A program made the position numbers and the translations under genes. A stretch of DNA of 64,000 nucleotides, taken from the IMG/VR virus record IMGVR_UViG_3300034062_006701, one strand, 5' to 3'. Below, piece after piece: positions 38,173-46,771 of this stretch (positions are counted from its first letter, which is position 1; every line of letters starts with the position of its first letter). The stretch is from a virus (lineage: Duplodnaviria > Caudoviricetes). The notes under the pieces were generated by a model. It was not told where the DNA came from, ran no database searches, and saw nothing but the letters and a program-made list of their open reading frames with translations.

Positions 38173-38622
38173 ATGAAGTTTTTAGATAGAATAAATGCAC
38201 AGATACAACTTCTTGAGGCTGATGTCAATACATCGGGCACTGAAGCGGTGGATGCTGCTGAGCCAGCTACTGATGTAAGTGCTGTTGCTTCAGATGCTGG
38301 TGTTGCACCAGTTGCTCCTGAAGGTTATGTTGATCTTGTTAAATTAATAGCGAAAGCCACAGCTATGAATTTTCCAGCTGGTGCACTTGATGAAATATTT
38401 CGGACTGAAATAACGGCTGAAAACGCATTTCCAATGCAACAAGCTTTAGAAGCAGCTATAAAACAAAACGAAATGTATTCAGATAATCCTGAACGATTAC
38501 AGAATATACATTATAAGCAGTTTACAGATAGTATTAACCCCGGTAATTTTATTCAAAAATATAAAACATTAATATCTACACTAAAGAAACAAGACCCCTA
38601 TATTAAAGATGCTAACATTTAA
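38173..38622 (+). CDS. Hypothetical late protein, putative internal head protein
   Basis: TAAATA 6 nt upstream; MKFLDRINAQIQLLE-AD. Confidence 0.7.
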   Translation: MKFLDRINAQIQLLEADVNTSGTEAVDAAEPATDVSAVASDAGVAPVAPEGYVDLVKLIAKATAMNFPAGALDEIFRTEITAENAFPMQQALEAAIKQNEMYSDNPERLQNIHYKQFTDSINPGNFIQKYKTLISTLKKQDPYIKDANI

Positions 38623-39850
38623 GACATATCACAATTATCTAGCTACACCGAGTAATCATCTTCTAGAGGAAGGTGGCGCGGCAGGACACATGTCACATCC
38701 GTTTGATTTGCCTACAGTCCGTACCGGTAAAGATCTCATTAATTTATTTGAAAAAATAAAACTATCACTTAAGGAAACACCAGCTGTAGTTAAGATTGAT
38801 GGTGTAAATGTATCAATAAAGCTTGTTACAAATGCAGATGGTAGTATGGAATTTGGATTAGATAGAGGTTCAAAGAACCCTCTTGATATTAAGGGAATTA
38901 CAATAAATGATCTTTCGTCGCGATTCGCAGAAGGTCATGGTTTACTCGAAGTAGGTAAAACTGTTTTAGAAATCTTTAATAAAGCCTTACCTATAATTAC
39001 TAAAGATCTTAACAAGCTAGGTCTTATTAAAAATAAAAATCTTATATTTAACACGGAATATGTTGCAGGTAGTACGAATGTTGTTGGATATGCAGAGAAC
39101 TTTCTCGCAATACACGGTGTTAATGAAGCGTACGAAGTTAAGAGTCCTGTTCGCGGTTCTGTATCAAGAAAAACACGTGAAGTATCATATAATAAAGAGG
39201 CTTTAGATGATATGATACAAAAAATTAATCCTATTGCAAAAAATTACGGATTCAAAGTATATAGCTCAATACCTGCTACAATAAAAGGTAATGTAAACTT
39301 ATTACCTATACTCAATACCGAATTAGTGGTCAAGTATACGTCAGAGCATGCAGAAGCTAAAACAATGAGAGCTTGGCTTGAGAGATGCGGTAATCCTGTT
39401 GGTACGTCTATTAAGACAGTACAAGGCAAAACAGTTGACGCAGTAAGTAAGGAGCTCTATTTAAAAATATTGAACGGTACACCTCTCGATCAAATCGTAA
39501 AAGATAATGACAAAGAGCAGGTTAATGCAGCTGTTTGCGGTGCGATTATCTATCACGCCACAAGATTACTTGGTCAGGCTATTTTAGATGCTATGACATC
39601 ATCAATTGGTGATCTTAATACTCAAGAAGGTATTGTAATACGCGACACAAAAATATCATCAACACCTTTCAAAATAACGGGTGAGTTTATTGTACGTGGA
39701 ATGGCAAGTGCGTTTAAGAAAGAGGAGGAAGAATCACAGCCTCTAACAAGAAAGTCTTACTTGAGCAATAAATCATTTTATGTAATTAACCCTCCGAGGG
39801 GACATGAGGGTGGAGCTAATACATATACACCAGGAATGGAGAATTGGTAA
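38609..39850 (+). CDS. Covalent nucleotidyltransferase (RNA ligase-like fold)
   Basis: Motif I 'VKIDG', Ia 'DRG', III 'FNTEY', IV 'EGIVIRD', V 'FKITG'; no C-terminal OB domain. Confidence 0.65.
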   Translation: MLTFKTYHNYLATPSNHLLEEGGAAGHMSHPFDLPTVRTGKDLINLFEKIKLSLKETPAVVKIDGVNVSIKLVTNADGSMEFGLDRGSKNPLDIKGITINDLSSRFAEGHGLLEVGKTVLEIFNKALPIITKDLNKLGLIKNKNLIFNTEYVAGSTNVVGYAENFLAIHGVNEAYEVKSPVRGSVSRKTREVSYNKEALDDMIQKINPIAKNYGFKVYSSIPATIKGNVNLLPILNTELVVKYTSEHAEAKTMRAWLERCGNPVGTSIKTVQGKTVDAVSKELYLKILNGTPLDQIVKDNDKEQVNAAVCGAIIYHATRLLGQAILDAMTSSIGDLNTQEGIVIRDTKISSTPFKITGEFIVRGMASAFKKEEEESQPLTRKSYLSNKSFYVINPPRGHEGGANTYTPGMENW

Positions 39851-40467
39851 TGAAGTACAATGTCCTTATCGAGAAGATACTAACTAGTCTTACACCTTCT
39901 ACAAATAAAGCTATTTTTATTTTCGGTAGGATGAATCCTCCTACCTTAGGACATGAATTATTAATTGCTAAAGCTGTAGAGTTGGGTAGAAAAGAAAACC
40001 GCGATTGTTATGTCTTCCTTACAAAGACACAGGACAGCAAAAAAAATCCTATACACTTTCCTGAAAAGCTAAAAGCAATTAATGCTGCACTACCATCTGT
40101 AAATTTTATTAATTCTGACAATATTAAGACGATTTTTGATGCTGTTGGTTTTTTAATAGATAGTGGCTATAATGATCTTGTTCTCGTCGCAGGTAGTGAC
40201 AGAGCAGGTGAATATGATTCGTTATTTCAAAAATATATTAATAACCCTGATCCAGAAAAGCGATTAAATTTAGTAAGTTTCCGTACTGCAGTAGCAGGTG
40301 AAAATAGAGACCCAGATAGTGATGATGCTTCTGGTGTTAGTGCGACGAAAGCGCGTAATTTAGCAAAGTCAGGTGACTTCACCTCCTTTCGTAAAGTACT
40401 ACCTACGGGTATGCCTGAGTCGGAGGCAAAAGTTCTTTTCGATCAAATCCGTCAAAACTTAAAATAA
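39844..40467 (+). CDS. HIGH-superfamily nucleotidyltransferase (cytidylyltransferase/NMNAT-like)
   Basis: 'FGRMNPPTLGH', 'VAGSDR', 'SATKAR'. Confidence 0.85.
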   Translation: MVMKYNVLIEKILTSLTPSTNKAIFIFGRMNPPTLGHELLIAKAVELGRKENRDCYVFLTKTQDSKKNPIHFPEKLKAINAALPSVNFINSDNIKTIFDAVGFLIDSGYNDLVLVAGSDRAGEYDSLFQKYINNPDPEKRLNLVSFRTAVAGENRDPDSDDASGVSATKARNLAKSGDFTSFRKVLPTGMPESEAKVLFDQIRQNLK

Positions 40468-40468
40468 A

Positions 40469-41086
40469 CTAAGCTTCAAGCATTTTTATCATACTATACA
40501 CAGCACCTTCAACTCGTTCCTTTGGCTGTGTTTGCATGATTTGTTTAATTTTATTAATTAGATCAACACCACCGTTGTCTATACTACTATATAGATCCTG
40601 TTCAGTCTTTTCTTCAATTTCAATGTCGTGGTCTACTCTTTGTTTAAACTCTTCATAATCTTTATAACTAAGAGCACTATTAATACCTTCAACAGCTTTG
40701 GATATTTTATCTGTTATCCATGGCTCAATTTCACTATCACAAGGAATAATATCATACAACATAGCAGACATTTTTGTAATCCTGTAGAGGTTTTGTTTGA
40801 CCATGTTTGATGCCTTTTCTACTGGATGTTCACCTGTCTCATGGTAGTCATCATATTCGGGTTGTGTTTCCTTTCTTGCTAACACAATGTCATCTTCTGA
40901 CGTAATCTTTCTTTTATCAATCATGCAGCCGCATTCTTCAGCGTCTTCACCTTCAACTTTACCACACTTACATGATCTAATAGGAGCTTCGTAATTTTCT
41001 GCTTTTGGTCCTAGACCAACATTTTCTTTTATCAAAATTCTACGAGTATATAGATTATTGAGTTCTTCAAGGTAACTGATTGACAT
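40469..41086 (-). CDS. Hypothetical late protein
   Basis: TAAATA 9 nt upstream; 'M....L..I...S..L...I....E...W...KI..A' helical pattern. Confidence 0.65.
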   Translation of the reverse strand: MSISYLEELNNLYTRRILIKENVGLGPKAENYEAPIRSCKCGKVEGEDAEECGCMIDKRKITSEDDIVLARKETQPEYDDYHETGEHPVEKASNMVKQNLYRITKMSAMLYDIIPCDSEIEPWITDKISKAVEGINSALSYKDYEEFKQRVDHDIEIEEKTEQDLYSSIDNGGVDLINKIKQIMQTQPKERVEGAVYSMIKMLEA

Positions 41087-41095
41087 AGGTAATAT

Positions 41096-41117
41096 TATTT
41101 ATTCTCAACACTAAATA
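41096..41117. promoter_or_regulatory. Back-to-back late promoters
   Basis: TAAATA on the minus strand (41096-41101) and the plus strand (41112-41117); same 10 nt gap as the pair at 15926-15947. Confidence 0.75.
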
Positions 41118-41122
41118 ATATT

Positions 41123-41398
41123 ATGCAATGTTTGTTTGAGCGTTATTTTATTGAAGAGTTAACCCTTGAGAGTGGTAGATGTACAAAAGTAACAAAACAA
41201 ATGGCATCATCTCGTGCAGATAAGAAGTATATGAGGTGTACACGTGTAGATGGTAAGCTTAAGCGTGTACATTATGGTGATCCAAATCTACGCATTAAAA
41301 AGAGTAATCCTAAGAAGAGAAAGTCCTTTAGAGCGCGTCATAAGTGCAGTACCGCAAAGCCCGGTACTGCAAAATATTTTTCTTGTAAAAACTGGTAA
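41123..41398 (+). CDS. Small basic Cys-containing late protein
   Basis: TAAATA 5 nt upstream; 'VHYGDP...RKSFRARHKC...YFSCKNW'. Confidence 0.7.
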   Translation: MQCLFERYFIEELTLESGRCTKVTKQMASSRADKKYMRCTRVDGKLKRVHYGDPNLRIKKSNPKKRKSFRARHKCSTAKPGTAKYFSCKNW

Positions 41399-41400
41399 TA

Positions 41401-41808
41401 ATGAGAACATTTAAGGAATATACAAATAATCGACCTGTGCTAGGTGTAATCGAAACAATCGTTGTTGATGGTGTAGGGGAAGTCTTAGCTAAAATAGACA
41501 GCGGAAACGAAGCTCATAATGTCCTACATGGTGTAGATATACAGTATAACGGGGACAGTATTACCTTTAATACTATTAATAATAAGCAATTAACTCTTCA
41601 GAAGACCGGTGAAATCGATATTAATATCGGTAGCGGTAACATCGAAAAAAGACCGACTGTTAGTCTAAATTTTGAATTAAAAAATCAGCCCTACCGTGAT
41701 ATAACTTTTAGTATCGCAGATAGGGCTGATAATGAACAACAAGTGTTAATAGGTGAGCCATTTATTCGTAAAATAAATGCTCTTATCGATGTAAAGATAG
41801 AGAATTAA
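41401..41808 (+). CDS. Retropepsin-like aspartic protease (RimK-associated type)
   Basis: 'LAKIDSGN', 'RP.V', 'FSIADR', 'VLIG..F'; N-terminus MRTFKEY. Confidence 0.75.
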   Translation: MRTFKEYTNNRPVLGVIETIVVDGVGEVLAKIDSGNEAHNVLHGVDIQYNGDSITFNTINNKQLTLQKTGEIDINIGSGNIEKRPTVSLNFELKNQPYRDITFSIADRADNEQQVLIGEPFIRKINALIDVKIEN

Positions 41809-42458
41809 GTCTTTTTAATATCAGCAATAAAGTTGTAAAACTCAGCACGTGTTGCTGGGTCATCAAGGAAATCACCACTAAGTTTACTCGTCTTCATCTC
41901 ACATCCATCGTGCTTTACCCCACGTAGACAGGCACATGTATGTGTAGCACTAATTACCACAGCGACACCCATATTCTTCTCACATACCTCATTAATTGCG
42001 TCATGAATTTGAACTGTTAGACCTTCCTGTATTTGAGGTCTACGGGCATAAAACTCTACAATTCGATTAAGTTTCGAGAGACCGATAACACGACCGTCGC
42101 TTGATGGTATATATGCCACATGCGCACGACCGGTAAATGCGAGGTGATGGTGTGAGCACATCGATTTAACAGGTATACCGCCTTGAAACACCATTCCATC
42201 ATATCCGTTACTCGGGAACGATGTAATCTTTGGTGGTACATCAAAACAACCGGCAGCTAGATCATTTACAAATGCTTTTGCAACGCGCAGTGGCGTATTT
42301 GTACTATTAGGGTCATTACGCCAGTCAAAACCGAGCGCATCCAGATACGCTTCATACGCCTTAGCTGCGTTAGTAATTATAGCTTGCTTCTCTTCAGGAG
42401 AATGTGGGTGGTTACCGTTAGCAAATTTAAGTTTATACTCTTTTGTATATTCAGACAT
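41805..42458 (-). CDS. folE: GTP cyclohydrolase I
   Basis: 'NTPLRVAK', 'SMCSHH', 'GLSKLNRIV...RRPQIQE', 'H.C..LRG'; start moved to MSEY. Confidence 0.96.
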   Translation of the reverse strand: MSEYTKEYKLKFANGNHPHSPEEKQAIITNAAKAYEAYLDALGFDWRNDPNSTNTPLRVAKAFVNDLAAGCFDVPPKITSFPSNGYDGMVFQGGIPVKSMCSHHHLAFTGRAHVAYIPSSDGRVIGLSKLNRIVEFYARRPQIQEGLTVQIHDAINEVCEKNMGVAVVISATHTCACLRGVKHDGCEMKTSKLSGDFLDDPATRAEFYNFIADIKKT

Positions 42459-42464
42459 AACGTT

Positions 42465-42500
42465 ATTATACATGTACTGCAATCATTTTCAACATAAATA
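42465..42500. promoter_or_regulatory. Early promoter (folE, minus) back-to-back with a late promoter (plus)
   Basis: TTGAAA-16-TATAAT on the minus strand; TAAATA at 42495-42500 on the plus strand. Confidence 0.7.
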
Positions 42501-42506
42501 ATATAG

Positions 42507-42947
42507 ATGATGAAATTTGATCGCTTAATGTTTGAAAGTATACAGAAGACGAATCTGAAAAAGGTTCGTATCAAAGTAGATCCCGCAAACGTCAGTGTAG
42601 CTGAAGATCTTGCGAAATGTAACGGTTATGAGGGATATGTATTAGCGGAAGGGCAGGCAGAAACTAAAATAATGGTTATTGTACCGGATAATATCAGTGA
42701 TATGCCAGTAATAGACGTACCGAATAATTGTATACAACAGCTAATACAGCGACCGGATTCAATGGAACTGGATAAATTCAAACAGTTTTTAATAAATTCT
42801 CTAAATGTTTCTGATGACGATCCACTATTAACTCACATCGTCTCTTGTAATACGATTGACGATATAGAAGTTTTTTTAAAGGATAGTAGCTTTACAGAAG
42901 AGGATATAACGAAACTTTATAAATATTATATAACCTATGGTGAGTGA
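42507..42947 (+). CDS. Hypothetical late protein
   Basis: TAAATA 6 nt upstream; MMKFDRLMFE-S. Confidence 0.7.
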   Translation: MMKFDRLMFESIQKTNLKKVRIKVDPANVSVAEDLAKCNGYEGYVLAEGQAETKIMVIVPDNISDMPVIDVPNNCIQQLIQRPDSMELDKFKQFLINSLNVSDDDPLLTHIVSCNTIDDIEVFLKDSSFTEEDITKLYKYYITYGE

Positions 42948-43743
42948 ATTTGATAATTTAGCAAGAGTTGCTCTAAACGAAGCAAGTCTCGGTGATTATA
43001 TGAAAGCAGTGAAAAGCGCTACAGCAAAAGCCGCTAAAGGTGTTGCGAAGAGTGCAGTTAGAGGTCTTGCTCAATTACCAGGCGCTGCGATTAAGGGAGC
43101 GGGTATGGCATATAGTGCTGTCGGTGGTAAGCAGGGCGGTGCATTAATGCAGAGAGCTGGAAGTGCTTTGCAAAAAGCAGGTCTCACGGCAGTTACAGCA
43201 CCGGTGAAGATGTGGAGGGATTTAAAGACAGCTGCAGAAAGACAAGAATATATTAGACAAAATTTAGAACCTATAAAACTTTTTATTAATAGTAATTTTC
43301 CAACACTTACGACGCGGCAGAGAAGAACTTTAAATCAGGTACAGGATTTTGAACAGCTCGATACGTTTGTTCGAACAAACATTAAGGGTAAGTCACTTGA
43401 TACATTAATAAGTGATTACAACAAGAGAGCAGTAGCACAAGCAAGATTGAAGCAGCAACAATCAACACCATCAACGGTACAACCTGCATCTGTACCCACC
43501 ACAGCACCAGCATCTAAACAATTTAAACCAAAGCTAAAAGCAAATAGATCGATGGTAAAGGATACAAAGAGCGGTATTGTTTATCGGTATCTCGGTCGGG
43601 ATCAAGGTGGCTGGTATATATATGACCCGCTCACTAAAAAGATCGACCCGGCGCCAATTGACTCTAGAGACCAAAAAGCTGTTACTGCTTTATGGCGTAA
43701 AAAGGAAATAGCTAATAAAGCTGCAAAGCAATCGAGCAAATAA
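42937..43743 (+). CDS. Hypothetical Ala/Lys-rich late protein
   Basis: Overlaps the upstream gene; N-terminus '...EFDNLARVALNE-AS'. Confidence 0.65.
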   Translation: MVSEFDNLARVALNEASLGDYMKAVKSATAKAAKGVAKSAVRGLAQLPGAAIKGAGMAYSAVGGKQGGALMQRAGSALQKAGLTAVTAPVKMWRDLKTAAERQEYIRQNLEPIKLFINSNFPTLTTRQRRTLNQVQDFEQLDTFVRTNIKGKSLDTLISDYNKRAVAQARLKQQQSTPSTVQPASVPTTAPASKQFKPKLKANRSMVKDTKSGIVYRYLGRDQGGWYIYDPLTKKIDPAPIDSRDQKAVTALWRKKEIANKAAKQSSK

Positions 43744-43744
43744 T

Positions 43745-43927
43745 ATGCCTTATAATATTAAAAAGCAAGGTAGTGATTTTAAAGTTTGTAAAAAAATTGG
43801 TAATAAAAAATGTTTACCAGGTAAGTCTAAATCTAAAGCAATGGCGCAAAAGAGGATAACGGCTATTCATATGAATGAATCTTTTAATCAACGCGTCGAT
43901 AGTATATTAAAATCTTTAGGTGAGTAG
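43745..43927 (+). CDS. Small basic hypothetical protein
   Basis: 60 aa ORF starting 1 nt after the upstream stop. Confidence 0.55.
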   Translation: MPYNIKKQGSDFKVCKKIGNKKCLPGKSKSKAMAQKRITAIHMNESFNQRVDSILKSLGE

Positions 43928-44056
43928 TTGATTTTTATATTACAGGAATAAGTAAAATAGAAGATTAGAAAGTAAGAGAGAGGGAAGGGACGATAGACAG
44001 ACGTTTTTTTCTGGCATTCCTGTTGATTTCTGCTTTTACTAAGTCATACTATCTTT

Positions 44057-44695
44057 ATGAATTATCAGAGTACTAAACTAATTGAACTTGGATCCTGTGC
44101 ATTTAGACAATTTGGAGCTACCCACAGTCATTGTCATCTCGTTCATGGTTACCAGCTTAAGGCAAAATTCTATTTTGGATGTAGTGAGCTCGATAGTAAT
44201 AACTGGTCAGTTGATTTCGGCGGACTTAAACAACTTAAACAAATCCTCAACGATCAATTCGATCATACACTCTGCATTGCTGAAAATGATCCCTTACTTG
44301 AAGTCTTTCAACACTTACATAATCTAGGCGGGTGCAACTTAAAAATAATGTCTGGTGTAGGTATTGAGAAAACAGCTGAATGGTGCTTCAATGCTGCTTC
44401 ACAATTTCTTAAGAATGTATATGGTGATCGATGCTGGGTAGAGAAAGTTGAAGTATATGAGCATGAAAATAATTCCGCCATCTATTCAAAACCAACTTCA
44501 ATAGTCGCTCCAGAACATGTTCAAGCTATGACAACTCCTGTTTCTCGTGAAGAAAATACACCGGCACCTACAATTCCAGTGGAAACTACTCCAGAACAAC
44601 AAGTAACACCAAACCACCCTGTTAATGTAGGTAACAGTCGTGTAACGTCTGGTTATTCAGGTCTCTTTGATGGTATTAGTTGGGGTAGTAGATGA
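44057..44695 (+). CDS. queD: 6-carboxytetrahydropterin synthase with C-terminal extension
   Basis: 'HCHLVHGY', 'VDFGGLK', 'DH', 'E..AEW', 'VEVYEH..NSA'. Confidence 0.9.
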   Translation: MNYQSTKLIELGSCAFRQFGATHSHCHLVHGYQLKAKFYFGCSELDSNNWSVDFGGLKQLKQILNDQFDHTLCIAENDPLLEVFQHLHNLGGCNLKIMSGVGIEKTAEWCFNAASQFLKNVYGDRCWVEKVEVYEHENNSAIYSKPTSIVAPEHVQAMTTPVSREENTPAPTIPVETTPEQQVTPNHPVNVGNSRVTSGYSGLFDGISWGSR

Positions 44696-45102
44696 ACTTT
44701 GAGCATTTACAACAACTTTATGGCGGGGAAATATCTGATTATGTAAAAATACAAAACAAAACAGCTCCGGAGTATCATAATCAGATAGATAATGGTGATC
44801 AATTATCTAACATATATAACGCACAGGTTAAATCGAAGGGAAGCGTAAATGTAACAAATTCTTTTTTATCTTTTAATCCAAGAAATTTAATAGATCGGCC
44901 TGCAGAAGACCCTATTACCGCTTCTTTAAAGGAAACACTCAACAAGATAGCCGCAGAAATAGGTTTATCAGATGCGGATGGTGTTACATATCACCCTGAT
45001 TACAATCCGATGCTTAAAGACCAAACCAGTAATGATGTACAACAAGCTAACGACGCTGTTCAAAAGGCTTTAGATGAACTTAAAGCTTTGGGCGAGATTT
45101 AG
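44692..45102 (+). CDS. Hypothetical protein
   Basis: ATGA overlap with queD. Confidence 0.6.
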   Translation: MNFEHLQQLYGGEISDYVKIQNKTAPEYHNQIDNGDQLSNIYNAQVKSKGSVNVTNSFLSFNPRNLIDRPAEDPITASLKETLNKIAAEIGLSDADGVTYHPDYNPMLKDQTSNDVQQANDAVQKALDELKALGEI

Positions 45103-45910
45103 ATTCTGACGGACTGTATTCTTTTGTGTTAGTAGCAGGCATTATACCTTTAAACACGTGAGTCACGTATCTGCAGAGTTCAGAGCGTACGATATGATCT
45201 TCTGTTAATTCAACACAGAATACACCGTGCTCCTTAGCATCCTCATTATCAAACGCCTTATAAACTGTGTTAAACCCTGACTTACCATAAGGTAAGTCTG
45301 ATTGATCAGGATCACCACATATTATCATCTTACTAAATTCACCCATACGTGTGAATAGTGTCTGAAGTTCACGTACAGTTAAATTTTGACTCTCGTCGCA
45401 GCAAACAAACTTTACTGCAAAATGTAATCCACGTGCAAAGTTAATAGGGCATATTGTAATTCTGTTATCTTTGTGTAAACGGTGAATTTGAGGTTCGATA
45501 ATGAGCTCAGAGAACTTTTCATTAAACGGAGTCATATATACATTTACCTTTTCATTGATATCACCCGGTAAATATCCAAGCTTTGAATCAGAGCTCTCAA
45601 CAGCAGAGCGAACAAGTACAATATCAGACACCTTCTTCATATTAAGAAGCTGTAACCCGAGATACATTGATAGAATTGTCTTTGATGTACCGGCGGGTCC
45701 TTTGAGTAGCATAAGCTTTGTCTTCTTATCTAGGAATAAATTAATTATTTCCTTCTGCTTATCTGTCCAAGGAAGCTCTCGAACATTTAATGAGAAATCA
45801 ATTTTTTCTCTTTGTGCTACGTAGGGTGAAGTATCTTTTCCTACCTCTTTATCAGTAGGACTAGATGTGACAACAGCTGCGGCTTTCGCCGTGCGTTTTT
45901 GTTTTTTCAT
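45080..45910 (-). CDS. phoH: PhoH-like ATPase
   Basis: 'GPAGTSKT', 'LGYLPGD', 'RG', 'DESQN', 'GD..QSD', 'DHIVRS'. Confidence 0.93.
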   Translation of the reverse strand: MKKQKRTAKAAAVVTSSPTDKEVGKDTSPYVAQREKIDFSLNVRELPWTDKQKEIINLFLDKKTKLMLLKGPAGTSKTILSMYLGLQLLNMKKVSDIVLVRSAVESSDSKLGYLPGDINEKVNVYMTPFNEKFSELIIEPQIHRLHKDNRITICPINFARGLHFAVKFVCCDESQNLTVRELQTLFTRMGEFSKMIICGDPDQSDLPYGKSGFNTVYKAFDNEDAKEHGVFCVELTEDHIVRSELCRYVTHVFKGIMPATNTKEYSPSESKSRPKL

Positions 45911-45917
45911 CTACAAA

Positions 45918-45966
45918 TATTTAATCAAATTGTGATCTTGATTATCTGTATAAAGTATCATATTAT
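45918..45966. promoter_or_regulatory. Late promoter (phoH, minus) and early promoter (queE, plus)
   Basis: TAAATA at 45918-45923 (minus); TTGATT-17-TATTAT at 45938-45966 (plus). Confidence 0.7.
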
Positions 45967-45976
45967 ACATGCATAT

Positions 45977-46735
45977 ATGATTGATATTAATACTGAATCA
46001 CTATTTCTTTCAGACGATAAAGTATTCTATACTATTGAAGGAGAAGGTGAGTATATCGGCGTACCATCGGTTTTTATGCGTATGTCAATGTGTAATTTGA
46101 CGTGCATTGGATTTGCATCTGAAGACTCGCCTAACGGATGTGATTCATTTGTCTCCTGGTCCGTTAAAAACAAAATGACCTTTGAAGAAATCTTCCAATT
46201 AATGGAAGAGAATAACTACATCGATCATCTTAAGCATAATGCTATTCTAAAGCTCACCGGTGGTGAACCACTTATTCAGCAAAAGCAGCTAATTAAATTT
46301 ATTCACGCTTTTAATGAGAGATATAATTTTATTCCACGTATTGATTTTGAAACAAATGCAACGTTAATGCCTGACCCTGAATGGAGAGAGGAATTTAAAG
46401 CTACGTTTACAACTTCTCCAAAGCTCCGTTCAAACGGAGATCCTGAAGATAAGACGTATAAACCTGAGGTTCTTAAGTGGCATGTAAAGCATGGATCTGG
46501 GTTTAAGTTCGTCATTAATGTTGCAGAAGATATTGAAGAGATCTGGGAGAAGTATATTAAAGATAATAACAATATTAATGTACCTCTCAAGCGTGTGTGG
46601 TTTATGCCTTGTTGCGGCTCGAGGCAAGAGCATACTGAGAGATCCGCTGCAGTAGCGGAATATGCTAAAGCGATGCATGTGAATTTTAGCCCGCGATTGC
46701 AATTAGTGATCTGGGACAAAGCGCTACGTGTGTGA
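45977..46735 (+). CDS. queE: 7-carboxy-7-deazaguanine synthase (radical SAM)
   Basis: 'FYTIEGEG..IG.PSVF.R...CNLTC....CD', 'TGGEP', 'ETN', 'SPKL'; start moved to MIDIN. Confidence 0.92.
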   Translation: MIDINTESLFLSDDKVFYTIEGEGEYIGVPSVFMRMSMCNLTCIGFASEDSPNGCDSFVSWSVKNKMTFEEIFQLMEENNYIDHLKHNAILKLTGGEPLIQQKQLIKFIHAFNERYNFIPRIDFETNATLMPDPEWREEFKATFTTSPKLRSNGDPEDKTYKPEVLKWHVKHGSGFKFVINVAEDIEEIWEKYIKDNNNINVPLKRVWFMPCCGSRQEHTERSAAVAEYAKAMHVNFSPRLQLVIWDKALRV

Positions 46736-46771
46736 TTTGATAATCTGGGTATTAAGAGTTAAATAAACAAT

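Noticed and set aside
43928-44056. Possible preQ1 riboswitch upstream of queD
   Set aside because: No preQ1-I stem or A-rich 3' tail, and the queD promoter lies downstream of this tract, leaving no leader for a riboswitch
45080-45910. phoH as a novel auxiliary gene
   Set aside because: Very common in large phages
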